Shown here piece after piece: positions 42,556-53,578 of a DNA stretch of 64,000 nucleotides. Under the pieces are notes generated by a model. It ran no database searches, was not told where the DNA came from, and worked only from the letters and a program-made list of their open reading frames with translations. Location: positions 4,438,239-4,502,238 of the forward strand of contig CAWKPF010000002.1 of assembly GCA_963851415.1 (NCBI GenBank), written 5' to 3'. Both the position numbers and the translations under genes were made by a program. Position 1 is the first letter of the stretch. The number at the start of each line of letters is the position of its first letter. Origin of the DNA: an uncultured Acidobacteriota bacterium. GTDB taxonomy: Bacteria; Acidobacteriota; Thermoanaerobaculia; Multivoradales; Multivoraceae.

Positions 42556-42587
42556 GGCGGCCCTTTATAATGGATTGAGGTCTCACA

Positions 42588-43808
42588 ATGCACGTACTGT
42601 TCGTCGAGCCGGCGTTTCCTGCCAACCAGGGCCGCTTCGTTCACGCCCTGGCCGAGATCGGCGCCACGGTCACCGCGATCGGTGAGGCGCCGGCGGGCGC
42701 TCTTCCCGGTGCCCTGAAGAGTCGGCTGCACGGGTACGAACAGGTCGGATCGGTGTGCGACGAGGGCGCGCTGCTCGATGCCGTTCGCCGAATCCAGGGA
42801 CGGGGGTGGGTCGACCGGCTGGAGGCCACTGTCGAGGCACACGTGCTGCCGACCGCGCGCGTGCGCGAGGCGACGGGTATTCCCGGCACCTCGGTGCACA
42901 CGGCTTATCTGTGTCGTGACAAACCAGCCATGAAGGAGGCGCTGCGTGAAGCCGGGGTCGCGTGTGCCGCCTCGACCGGGGTAGCGAGTCTCGACGAGGC
43001 CCACAGCTTCGCCGAGCGGGTCGGCTTTCCCCTGATCGTCAAGCCCAGGGGCTCGGCGGGAGCGGCCGGAACCGATCGGGTCGACGACCTGGACCAGTTG
43101 GACACCTCCCTGGCTTCTCACGGAGTCGGCCGGGGAGGAGAGGCGGCGCTCGAGGAGTTCGTCGAAGGCCACGAGGCGTTCTTCGACACGTTGACCGTCA
43201 ATGGAGAGATTCGCCATACCTTCATCAGTCACTACTACCCCGGTGTGCTCGAGGCGATGCGCACACGCTGGATCTCTCCCTACCTGATCACCACGAATCG
43301 CGCCGACGCCGACACCTATGCAGAAGTCCACGAGATGGGGCGACTCGTCAACGAAGCGCTGGGGATCCGCACCTCTGCCACCCACATGGAGTGGTTCTTC
43401 GGACCGAAAGGTCTCCGTTTCTCCGAGATCGGCTGTCGTCCCCCCGGTGTCCTGACCTGGGACCTCTACTCGGCCGCCAACGACTTCGACCTCTACCGGG
43501 AGTGGGCGCTGGCGGTCACCCAGGGGCGCTGCGAGGCACGGTTGTCCCGCCGGTACTCCGCGGCGTTGCTGAACTTTCGGCCGGATCGGGACGGTCGAAT
43601 CGTCGGCTACGAAGGGTTGGACTGGCTCGAGCACGAGCTCGGCGAGTGGGTCATCGACAGCCGCTTTCCGTCTCCGGGCACTCCGACCCAGCCGGTCGAG
43701 GCGGGATACATGGCCAACGCCTGGGTGCGGGTGCGCCATCCCGACTACGATCGGCTGCGCGAACTGCTCGACGAAGCCGGTCGACGGGTGCAGGTCAGGG
43801 CTGGCTGA
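42588..43808 (+). CDS. ATP-grasp fold carboxylate-amine ligase, paralog 3.
   Basis: ATG preceded by gagg, with a TATAAT-like box 20 nt upstream. MHVLFVEPAFP N-terminus. Blocks GFPLIVKPRGSAGAAGTDRVDD, LEEFVEGHEAFFDT and HMEWFFGPKGLRFSEIGCRPPG. Confidence 0.82.
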   Translation: MHVLFVEPAFPANQGRFVHALAEIGATVTAIGEAPAGALPGALKSRLHGYEQVGSVCDEGALLDAVRRIQGRGWVDRLEATVEAHVLPTARVREATGIPGTSVHTAYLCRDKPAMKEALREAGVACAASTGVASLDEAHSFAERVGFPLIVKPRGSAGAAGTDRVDDLDQLDTSLASHGVGRGGEAALEEFVEGHEAFFDTLTVNGEIRHTFISHYYPGVLEAMRTRWISPYLITTNRADADTYAEVHEMGRLVNEALGIRTSATHMEWFFGPKGLRFSEIGCRPPGVLTWDLYSAANDFDLYREWALAVTQGRCEARLSRRYSAALLNFRPDRDGRIVGYEGLDWLEHELGEWVIDSRFPSPGTPTQPVEAGYMANAWVRVRHPDYDRLRELLDEAGRRVQVRAG

Positions 43809-43951
43809 GCACCCTCTCGGTTTCTCCTCAGATCCCTCGGGGGAACCGGTGGCGCCGAAGCAGCGGTCGGCGCGGTACACTGCGGCAGTCGGCAAGCCGT
43901 GCAACCGCCAGTACTCGGGGCCTTTGCGGTCCGTTGGCAGAGGGAGTGCCC

Positions 43952-45223
43952 GTGAAAGACGTCGCGACCATCATCATGGGCGGAGGCCAGGGAGCCCGGC
44001 TCTTTCCACTGACTCGAGATCGCGCCAAGCCCGCCGTGCCGGTGGCGGGGCGGGCGAGGCTGATCGACGTTCCGCTCTCGAACTGCATCAACTCGGGTCT
44101 GACCCGGATCGCGGTGCTGACGCAGTTCAATTCGGCATCGTTGAACCGGCACGTGTCGCGCACCTACAACTTCGGGAGCCTTCTTCCCTGGGGCGTGGAG
44201 GTGCTGGCCGCGGAGCTCACCAGCGAGAATCCGAACTGGTTCCAGGGCACGGCCGATGCGGTGCGGCGCAACATGAAGCACGTGATCGACAGCGAGACCC
44301 GGCTGGTCCTGATTCTGGCCGGTGATCATCTCTACCGAATGGACTACCGCCCGTTCCTGGAACGACACCAGAGCAGCGGCGCCGACATCACGATCTCGGT
44401 GTGTCCGGTGAGTGCGGAGCACGCGTCGAGCTTCGGCCTGGTGCACTGTGACGACGAGGGGATCATCACGCGATTCGCCGAGAAGCCGACCGGTGACGAG
44501 TTGGAGGCGATGCGCGTCGACCCGTCGGCTCCGCTGGCCGGGGGAGCACCGATCGGCGCGCCCTATCTGGCTTCGATGGGAATCTATGTCTTCAACCCCG
44601 AGGTCCTCGTCGACCTGTTGAACTCCAATCCCGGCCAGCACGACTTCGGCAAGGAGCTGATCCCCGAAGCCCTCCACGCGCATCGGGTCGCCGTACACAC
44701 CTTCAAGGGGTACTGGGAAGACATCGGCACGATCGGCGCCTTCTATCGTGCCAACCTGGCGATCGGATTCGACGGCTACTCGCTCTACGATCCGGACTTC
44801 CCGCTCTACACCCGGCCGCGCTACCTCTCGCCCACCACGATGAACGACGCCCGGGTCGACGCCTCGTTGATCGCGGAAGGCAGCCGCATCGGCTCGGCGC
44901 GGATTCACGCTTCGGTCGTCGGAATTCGCTCACTCATCGGCGACGGGGTCGTTCTCGACGGCGCGCTGGTGATGGGCAACGACTCCTACGAGACGGCGGC
45001 CGAAGCGACTCGCCACCGGATGCAGAGGCTGCCGCCGATGGGAATCGGAGACGGCACGATGGTGCGCCGTGCGATTCTCGACAAAGGGGTTCGGATCGGA
45101 CGCAACGTCCGCATCGTCAACGTGGACGGTGTCGAAGAGCGGGATGCGTCGAACTACTACATCCGCAACGGCATCGTCATCGTTCCCAAGCTCGCAGTGA
45201 TCCCCGACGATACGGTGATCTGA
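43952..45223 (+). CDS. glgC: Glucose-1-phosphate adenylyltransferase.
   Basis: GTG at 43952 preceded by gggag. IIMGGGQGARLFPLTRDRAKPAVPVAGRARLIDVPLSNCINSG is a classic GlgC N-terminus, and the C-terminus has a left-handed beta-helix. The ORF-track start at 42962 is a spurious extension that overlaps ATP-grasp paralog 3. Confidence 0.88.
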   Translation: MKDVATIIMGGGQGARLFPLTRDRAKPAVPVAGRARLIDVPLSNCINSGLTRIAVLTQFNSASLNRHVSRTYNFGSLLPWGVEVLAAELTSENPNWFQGTADAVRRNMKHVIDSETRLVLILAGDHLYRMDYRPFLERHQSSGADITISVCPVSAEHASSFGLVHCDDEGIITRFAEKPTGDELEAMRVDPSAPLAGGAPIGAPYLASMGIYVFNPEVLVDLLNSNPGQHDFGKELIPEALHAHRVAVHTFKGYWEDIGTIGAFYRANLAIGFDGYSLYDPDFPLYTRPRYLSPTTMNDARVDASLIAEGSRIGSARIHASVVGIRSLIGDGVVLDGALVMGNDSYETAAEATRHRMQRLPPMGIGDGTMVRRAILDKGVRIGRNVRIVNVDGVEERDASNYYIRNGIVIVPKLAVIPDDTVI

Positions 45224-45245
45224 GAGCCGGGGCAGCCCGCTCGAT

Positions 45246-47630
45246 TCAGCGTTCGATTCGCTCGAATCCCGTCAAGACCATCGACTGCCACGGACCGACC
45301 TTCAACTCGATGCGCTCGGCCGAAGCCAGGTGCCGCCGGCGATCGACTCGATCGGTGAAGCGAATCGTGTCGCCCGGCTTCCAGCGCTCGGCGATTCGTC
45401 CGCGCAGGGCACGCATCGCCGAGGGAGCGAAGCGCATCTCGATCGGGGCAGTTGCGTTGTTGAACAGCACGACGGTGAGCTCTTCGCGGTCGCCGTTCAG
45501 AAACGCGATCACGTCGAACGGATTGTGACCCGCGGAGTCCTCGAGATCGAGAGGTAGGAAACGTGCCGCGTCGCAAAAGACATCCCGTCGTGCGAGCAGC
45601 GGCTGGATCTGATCGAGGTGGCGCTGGATCAACTCGGGGACCGGCTGCTCGGCCAGACGCGGCCGGGAGAACTCCATTCCGTACTGCTCGTAGAGGCCCT
45701 CGATCTGACCGTGGCCGAACAGGGGCAAGCCGGGCAGGGTCGCCATCAGGGTCGCGACCCCGAAATAGCGATCGCCGCGGCCGAACTGATCTGCCGCGCT
45801 GCGCTCATCCGGGTTGCTCATGAAGTTCACGTAACGCCTCAGGATCTCGGGATCGACCTTCCAGGTGTCGCGCAGCAGGGTTTGCATCTTGTGGTTGTCC
45901 TGCTCGCGCATCAGGTGCATGAAGGCGCTGTTGTAGACCCGGTGCATTCGGAGATCGCGAACGAAGAAGGCCTCGAGCAACCAGAACGCCTCGGCCAGCA
46001 GAAGACAGTCTGGCGCCTCGCTCGCGGCCCGGTCCACGACATCGCTCCAGAACTCCGCGGGCATCGCCCGGTCGAAGGCCTGGTCGTCGAGCCCGTGCTC
46101 GCTGCGAGAGGGGATGTCGCCACCGGTTCCCGGCGCCGGGAACCAGAGTCTCCGGTAGTGCTGTCGTGTCAGAGTCATCGCCGCGTCGAAGCGGAGGATG
46201 GGAAAGCGCCGCGCGACCTCGAGGATCTTCGAAGTCATGGCTTCGCGCACCGCGGGCTGGAGGTAGTCGAGTTGGGCGGTGTCGTTCCAGGGCGTACTGG
46301 TGCCGTCGTTGCCGTGGTAGACGAAGCGCTCCTCGCCGGTGCGCCGATCGACCCGTTTGAACACCACGGCGGCGTCGCTGCGATCGTAGTAGTGATCCTC
46401 GAGAAAGATGCCGACGTCGGGATCGCCGGAGAGATCGGGTCCGTCGAATGTATAGCCCGGAAAGGGAGAGCGGTCGATGCTGAGGAATCGCTCGGGATGG
46501 TCGCGCAGCCACTGCGAGTCGACGCCCATGTGGTTCGGGACGACGTCGACACCGAGCCGGATCCCCCGCGCGAGAGCTCGTTCCTGGAGGTCCTCGATGG
46601 CCTCGTCGCCGCCGAGCCCCTGGTCGATTCGGTAGTCGAAGACCGAGTAGGCGGAGGCTTCGGGCGTGCGGCTCCCGGAGAGCTCCTTGATGCGCGCCGA
46701 AGCGGGGCTCCGCTGCCACACTCCGATCAGCCACAGGCCGGTGAGGCCGAGGGCGGCGAGTCGATCGAGCTCCTGGTCTGGAACCTCCGACAGGCGCTCG
46801 AGGGGGCGTCCCGCCTGTTCGGAGAGCTGGTAGAGCCAAACCCGGGTGTGCTTGGCTCCGAGGACGAGGTGCCGCATCCATTCGGCCTCGGAGCTCGGTT
46901 GAGGTGGGGGAGGGGCGAGGCCTTCGAGACTGGGCAGCTCCAGCGGTCCGGGGCCGGGTGCCGGTCGGGGTCGCTCCTCGGCCAGCAGGTCGAGTGCCTT
47001 CAGCGTGGCCAGTTGCTCGCTCTCGTCGAGCTCTGGCCACTGCGTGAGGATGAAGGTCAGCTGGCGGTTGAGAGCACTCTCCGGCGTCACCGCCTCGGGT
47101 TGCCGGGCCCACTGAGCCCAGGGCTCGGGTGCGGTCTGCGCGGAGTCCTCGGTCTTTGCACCGATCGCTTCGATGAGCTGCAGGTAGTGGCTCGAGCTCT
47201 CGAGCTGACGGTCGTCGAAGAGCTCACGCAGGGAGTCGAGTGCCGGGTTGCGATTGAGCACGTAGAGCACCAGCAACGGGCTCAGTGCCAGGGGGCCGAG
47301 CTCGTCGGGCCGGTGGTCGAACTCGCGCTCCAGTTCGCCGAGCACCTCCTGCACGGTCTCCTCCCCGAGGCGGTCTCGAAGCTGCTCGCCGAGTGACCGT
47401 TCCGCGTCGGGCGCGGTCTCCAGGCTGCGCGTGAGCTTCGCGCTGAGCAGCTCCTGCAGCAGGAGGAGCGCATTGAGCTCTCCCGCCCGAACCGGCTCGG
47501 CTCCGCCTTCGCGACTCCTCGACTCGTTCAGCTGGTGAGCCAGGGAGCGCAGTTGGGCCGCATCGAGCTCACTCTCCGGGAGGTCGATCCCGTAGTGCTC
47601 GAGGGCCGCGCGGCGGAGCAGGCGAATCAC
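45246..47630 (-). CDS. GH13 (alpha-amylase family) alpha-glucan-active enzyme with ~300-aa N-terminal extension.
   Basis: The GTG start overlaps the glgP stop (GTGA). GH13 conserved regions DVVPNHMG (I), ILRFDAAMTL (II), LLAEAFW (III) and VNFMSNPDE (IV). 794 aa. Confidence 0.82.
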   Translation of the reverse strand: MIRLLRRAALEHYGIDLPESELDAAQLRSLAHQLNESRSREGGAEPVRAGELNALLLLQELLSAKLTRSLETAPDAERSLGEQLRDRLGEETVQEVLGELEREFDHRPDELGPLALSPLLVLYVLNRNPALDSLRELFDDRQLESSSHYLQLIEAIGAKTEDSAQTAPEPWAQWARQPEAVTPESALNRQLTFILTQWPELDESEQLATLKALDLLAEERPRPAPGPGPLELPSLEGLAPPPPQPSSEAEWMRHLVLGAKHTRVWLYQLSEQAGRPLERLSEVPDQELDRLAALGLTGLWLIGVWQRSPASARIKELSGSRTPEASAYSVFDYRIDQGLGGDEAIEDLQERALARGIRLGVDVVPNHMGVDSQWLRDHPERFLSIDRSPFPGYTFDGPDLSGDPDVGIFLEDHYYDRSDAAVVFKRVDRRTGEERFVYHGNDGTSTPWNDTAQLDYLQPAVREAMTSKILEVARRFPILRFDAAMTLTRQHYRRLWFPAPGTGGDIPSRSEHGLDDQAFDRAMPAEFWSDVVDRAASEAPDCLLLAEAFWLLEAFFVRDLRMHRVYNSAFMHLMREQDNHKMQTLLRDTWKVDPEILRRYVNFMSNPDERSAADQFGRGDRYFGVATLMATLPGLPLFGHGQIEGLYEQYGMEFSRPRLAEQPVPELIQRHLDQIQPLLARRDVFCDAARFLPLDLEDSAGHNPFDVIAFLNGDREELTVVLFNNATAPIEMRFAPSAMRALRGRIAERWKPGDTIRFTDRVDRRRHLASAERIELKVGPWQSMVLTGFERIER

Positions 47631-49825
47631 CCGGCCGTGCTTTCCGCCGGTTCTGGACGACGAGCGTGGGGCTCGTAGGCGCGCTCCACATAGTCACGCA
47701 CCATCCGATTGGAAGAGAACTGCGGTGTGACCGTCGCGATGGATCGCTTCATCCTCTGGATCCACTGGCCGGGAAGTCCGCTCTCGTCTCTCTGGTAGTA
47801 CGTCGGTACGATCTCGTTCTCCAGCGTCTGGTAGAGCGCCAGCGCGTCTTCTCGGTCCTGGGTCGATTCATCGTGATGGCGGCCGCCGTCGATGGCCCAA
47901 CCGTTCAGACCGTCAAAGCCCTCGGGCCACCAGCCATCGAGGATACTGAAGTTGAGCACCCCGTTCATGGCGGCCTTCATCCCGCTGGTGCCGCTTGCCT
48001 CGAGGGGACGGCGAGGAGTGTTCAGCCACACGTCGCATCCCTGCACCAGCATCTTCGCCACTGCGATGTCGTAGTTCTCGAGAAAGAAGACCCGGCCCTG
48101 GAGCTGATCCTCGAGAGAGAGGTGGAACAGGTGCTGGATGAGCTCCTGGCCCAGGCGGTCGGCCGGATGGGCCTTGCCGGCGAACACGACCTGAATCGGG
48201 CAATCGTGGTGGCAGAGCATGGCTCGCACGCGATGGAGATCGCTGAACAACAGACTGGCTCGCTTGTAGGTGGCGAAGCGGCGGGCGAAACCGATCGTCA
48301 GGGTGTCTTCGTCGAACATGCCTTCGACCTGACGCAACTCGTCGGGGGAGCGCCCGTGACGGGCGTACTGACGGAGCACGTGGCTGCGAACGAATCGCTG
48401 CAGTCGACGTTTCTGCTGCTGATGGGCCTGCCACACGGTTGCACCGGGGAGCTCATCCAGCGGTAACCAACGATCCGGCGATGTGACGTCTTCGAGCCAC
48501 TCGGGGCCGAGCGCGCGAGTGAGCATCTCGCGCATGTCGATTCCGATCCAGGTCGGCACGTGCACGCCGTTGGTGATGGCGTGGACCGCGGGTTGACCCG
48601 CTGGGAGGTCCGGGAACAGGTGGCGCCAGGGGGGCTCGATCACTTCGGCATTGAGTTGGCTGACCCCGTTCACCCAGCAACTGGTGCGCATGGCGAGGGC
48701 GGTCAGGTTGAGGGGCTGGCCGGGCTCCCCGTGGTCCGAGTTGCCGAGGGAGAGCACGGTCTCGACGTCGACGTCGAGCGCATCGGCCCACGGTGCCAGG
48801 TAATGCCGCGCCAGGTCGGCATCGAAGGTCTCGTGGCCGGCCGGTACGGGTGTATGGGTGGTGAACACGGTGTCCTCTCGGATCTCGCGAACCGCGTCCG
48901 TGAGCGATCTGCCGTGGAGACGGTGCTGGCGAGACAGTCGCTCGAGCTGGAGCAGCGAGCTGTGGCCCTCATTGAGATGCCAGAGGGCGGGATCGATGTC
49001 GAGGGCCTCGAGGGCGCGCACGCCGCCCGCGCCGAGTAACAGCTCCTGCGCCAGGCGCATCTCTCGTCCACGCACGTAGAGAGCGTGAGTGATGGGACGA
49101 TCGGCGGGCTCGTTCTGCCGGATGTCGGTGTCGAGCAGGAGTAGGGGAACCCGACCGATCTGCAGGGTCCATACCTTGGCCGCCACCTTCCTGCCGGGGA
49201 ACGGTACCTCGACGATGAGGTCGCTCCCGGTCGCCGTGGCCACTGGACGGACCCCGAGTCGAACGAAGTCGTTCTCGGGATAGAAGTGCTGCTGCATGCC
49301 GTCCGCGTCGATCGTCTGGCGGAAGTAGCCCGAGCGATACAGCAGCCCGACCGCGACGAAGGGTACACCCAGGTCGCTGGCGCTCTTGCAGTGATCCCCA
49401 CTGAGGATGCCGAGGCCTCCGGAATACAGTGCGAGAGTCTGGTGAAATCCGTACTCCATCGAGAAGTAGGCGACCACGCCGCCCGGCCAGTCGGGGTAGC
49501 GCTGGGCAAACCAGCTCTGAGCAGCGCCCTCGAGGTAGGCGTCGAGCTGGGCGCTGACCTGTTGGAGGTCTCCCACGAAGACCTCGTTCTCGGCCAGGGT
49601 CTCCCAGTGCGCGCGATCCATGCTGAGCATCAGCTCGACGGGGTTTCGATAGCGCGACCAGCTCTCGCTGCGGATGGCCGAAAACACTCGCCGGGCCTCC
49701 GGGTTCCAGCTCCACCAGAGATTGTGAGCGAGGTCGTAGAGCGACGCGAGCTCCTTCGGCAGGTGGACTTCCACCGGGTGGAGAACCGGGATTCTGGGTG
49801 ATTGGATAGAACTGGTTTCGGACAC
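47627..49825 (-). CDS. glgP: Alpha-glucan (glycogen/maltodextrin) phosphorylase, GT35 family.
   Basis: GTG preceded by gggagag. AYFSMEYGFHQTLALYSGGLGILSGDHCKSASDLGVPFVAVGLLYRSGYFRQ is a signature of the short alpha-glucan phosphorylase subfamily. 732 aa. Confidence 0.9.
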   Translation of the reverse strand: MSETSSIQSPRIPVLHPVEVHLPKELASLYDLAHNLWWSWNPEARRVFSAIRSESWSRYRNPVELMLSMDRAHWETLAENEVFVGDLQQVSAQLDAYLEGAAQSWFAQRYPDWPGGVVAYFSMEYGFHQTLALYSGGLGILSGDHCKSASDLGVPFVAVGLLYRSGYFRQTIDADGMQQHFYPENDFVRLGVRPVATATGSDLIVEVPFPGRKVAAKVWTLQIGRVPLLLLDTDIRQNEPADRPITHALYVRGREMRLAQELLLGAGGVRALEALDIDPALWHLNEGHSSLLQLERLSRQHRLHGRSLTDAVREIREDTVFTTHTPVPAGHETFDADLARHYLAPWADALDVDVETVLSLGNSDHGEPGQPLNLTALAMRTSCWVNGVSQLNAEVIEPPWRHLFPDLPAGQPAVHAITNGVHVPTWIGIDMREMLTRALGPEWLEDVTSPDRWLPLDELPGATVWQAHQQQKRRLQRFVRSHVLRQYARHGRSPDELRQVEGMFDEDTLTIGFARRFATYKRASLLFSDLHRVRAMLCHHDCPIQVVFAGKAHPADRLGQELIQHLFHLSLEDQLQGRVFFLENYDIAVAKMLVQGCDVWLNTPRRPLEASGTSGMKAAMNGVLNFSILDGWWPEGFDGLNGWAIDGGRHHDESTQDREDALALYQTLENEIVPTYYQRDESGLPGQWIQRMKRSIATVTPQFSSNRMVRDYVERAYEPHARRPEPAESTAG

Positions 49826-49923
49826 GGATCTCTCCCGGACGCGTACCTGGAGGAAGGGATGGGCGTCGGATGTTTCTGGAGGGGGCCCCCGCGGAGGTCA
49901 CACTGGCCTATCATCCCCCGGTG

Positions 49924-51485
<1,562 letters not shown>

Positions 51486-51489
<4 letters not shown>

Positions 51490-53474
51490 GGCCGCCCGTG
51501 ATCGAAGAGGGCGGCGCCACCTTCTGTGTACACAGCGCGCGTGCTGCTGCGGTCGAGCTTTGTCTCTTCTCCGAATCGGGGGAGGAAACGCGGCGACCCC
51601 TCGAGCGGCACGGGGACCTCTGGCGGGTGCGGGTGGAGGGCGTCGTCCCGGGCCAGCTCTACGGCTATCGGGTCGAGGGCCCCTATGCGCCGAGCGAGGG
51701 GCACCGGTTCAATCCGTCCAAACTGTTGCTCGATCCCGCCGCCGCGGCGGTGCACGGAGACTTGCGTTGGCATCCCTCGATTTTCGGCTACGGCGCGGCG
51801 GGACCCTACGGCCGCGAGCGCAGCCCCGCCGACAGTGCCCCTGTGGTGCCCCGCTCGGTGGTCGTCGACGGCTCGCCGGTGCCGCAAGAGGGTCGTCGGC
51901 CGTCGACTCCGTGGTCGCGGAGCGTGGTCTACGAAGCCCACGTACGAGGCATGACCCGGCGGCTCTCGCGGGTTCCGGAGCCGCTGCGCGGCACCTACCT
52001 CGGCCTGGTCGAGCCCCCGGTCCTCGAGCATCTGCTCTCGCTCGGTGTGACGGCCATCCAACTGCTACCGGTGCAGCACTCCGCCAGTGAAGTGCACCTC
52101 GCCCGTTCCGGTGCAACCAACTACTGGGGATACAGCCCTCTCGCCTGGTTCGCACCCCATGCCGGCTACGCGACGGGGTCCCGCGGGGAGCAGGTCGGCG
52201 AGTTCAGATCGATGGTGGCGGCACTGCACGAAGCGGGGATCGAGGTCCTGCTCGACGTCGTCTTCAACCACACCGTGGAGGGCGGTGAGCACGGGCCGAC
52301 CCTCAGTCTCCGAGGGCTCGACAACGAGTGCTACTACCGTCACCACGATGGGGATCCTTCACGTGCCCTGGATTTCACGGGCTGCGGCAACACCCTCGAC
52401 TTCTCCCGGGAGGCGGTGGTGGAGTTGGTGGTGGCCTGTTTACGCTATTGGGTCGAGGAGATGCAGGTCGACGGGTTCCGCTTCGATCTCGGCGTCGTGC
52501 TGGGGCGCGACCCCGAGGCCTTTCGCCCGGACGCCCTCTTCTTCGAACGAGTCGCTTCGGAGCCGGCGCTGCGCTCGGTCAAGCTGATCGCTGAACCGTG
52601 GGACCTCGGGCCCGGCGGATACGCTCTGGGCGAGTTCCCGTCGGGGTGGGCGCAGTGGAACGACCGTTTCCGGGACGCCGCGCGAGGTAGCTGGTGCCAG
52701 GGAGGTGTCGACTCCGCTGAGCTCTCTCGCCGCGTCAGCGGCAGCGCCGACCTCTTCGCTGCGGGCGAGGGGCCCAGCCTCGACTTCGTGACCTGCCACG
52801 ACGGATTCACCCTGGCCGACCTGGTGAGCTATCGGCACAAGATCAACTGGGCCAACGGAGAAGACAACCGGGACGGTTCGACGCACGATCTCGGCACCGA
52901 CTGCGGAGTCGAGGGCCCGAGCACCGACGAAGCCGTGCTGGCCTGCCGGTCCCGGACCCGGCGCAACCTCCTGGCGACCCTCGCGATCACGCGCGGCGTG
53001 CCCATGTTGTCTCACGGCGACGAGCTGGGTCGCACCCAGGGGGGGAACAACAACGCCTACTGCCAGGACAACCTCACCAGCTGGCTGCACTGGAGTCTCG
53101 ACGACGCGGGGGAAGCGCTCCTCGCGTACGTCCAGCGACTCTTTCGTGTGCGTCGCCAGTTCGTGGCAGAGGTCGCCGACGCCGCGCCCGAGGCGCTTTC
53201 GCCGTTCCGGGAGGATGGCCCGTGCGACGAGGCCGTTGCCCTGCTCTATCCCGGGTGCGAGCCCGGATCACCGACCTGGCTGGTCGTCTTGAACCCCTCC
53301 GAGGGGAACTGTGGCGTGGTGCTACCGGTCCTGCCGGGTGCGCTCGGGTGGCGCTGCCTGATCGACACCGAGTCCGCGGAATGGCCCGAGGCGAGCCTGA
53401 TCGAGCCGGAGGGTGGCTCGGCACTCCGGGTCGCGGCCCGCTCGGTGGCCGTGTTGCGCTCCGAGAGCGGTTGA
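51486..53474 (+). CDS. glgX: Glycogen debranching enzyme GlgX (isoamylase-type, GH13 with CBM48).
   Basis: The GTG overlaps the malQ stop (GTGA). Blocks GATFCVHSARAAAVELCLF and YWGYSPLAWFAPHAGYAT, with GH13 regions VVFNHT and GFRFDLGVVLGR. The start could instead be the second GTG at 51498. Confidence 0.88.
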
Positions 53475-53578
53475 CCGGATCAGAAGCAGAAGCCCGGTCC
53501 CCGAGGAGCAGGGGTCCGAGGCCGTGAGCGACGGCGGCGATAGACTGGGCGGAGTTTCCCTTCTGGAGGTTCCTGGAT

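Noticed and set aside
42962-43951. 330-codon N-terminal extension of the glgC ORF
   Set aside because: It overlaps ATP-grasp paralog 3 in a different frame with R/G/P-rich content. GlgC homology begins at the GTG at 43952, which has an SD.
45618-47396. 592-aa plus-strand ORF and 45805..47112 minus-strand alternative-frame ORF
   Set aside because: Antisense or off-frame relative to the GH13 gene, whose frame shows all four GH13 conserved regions.
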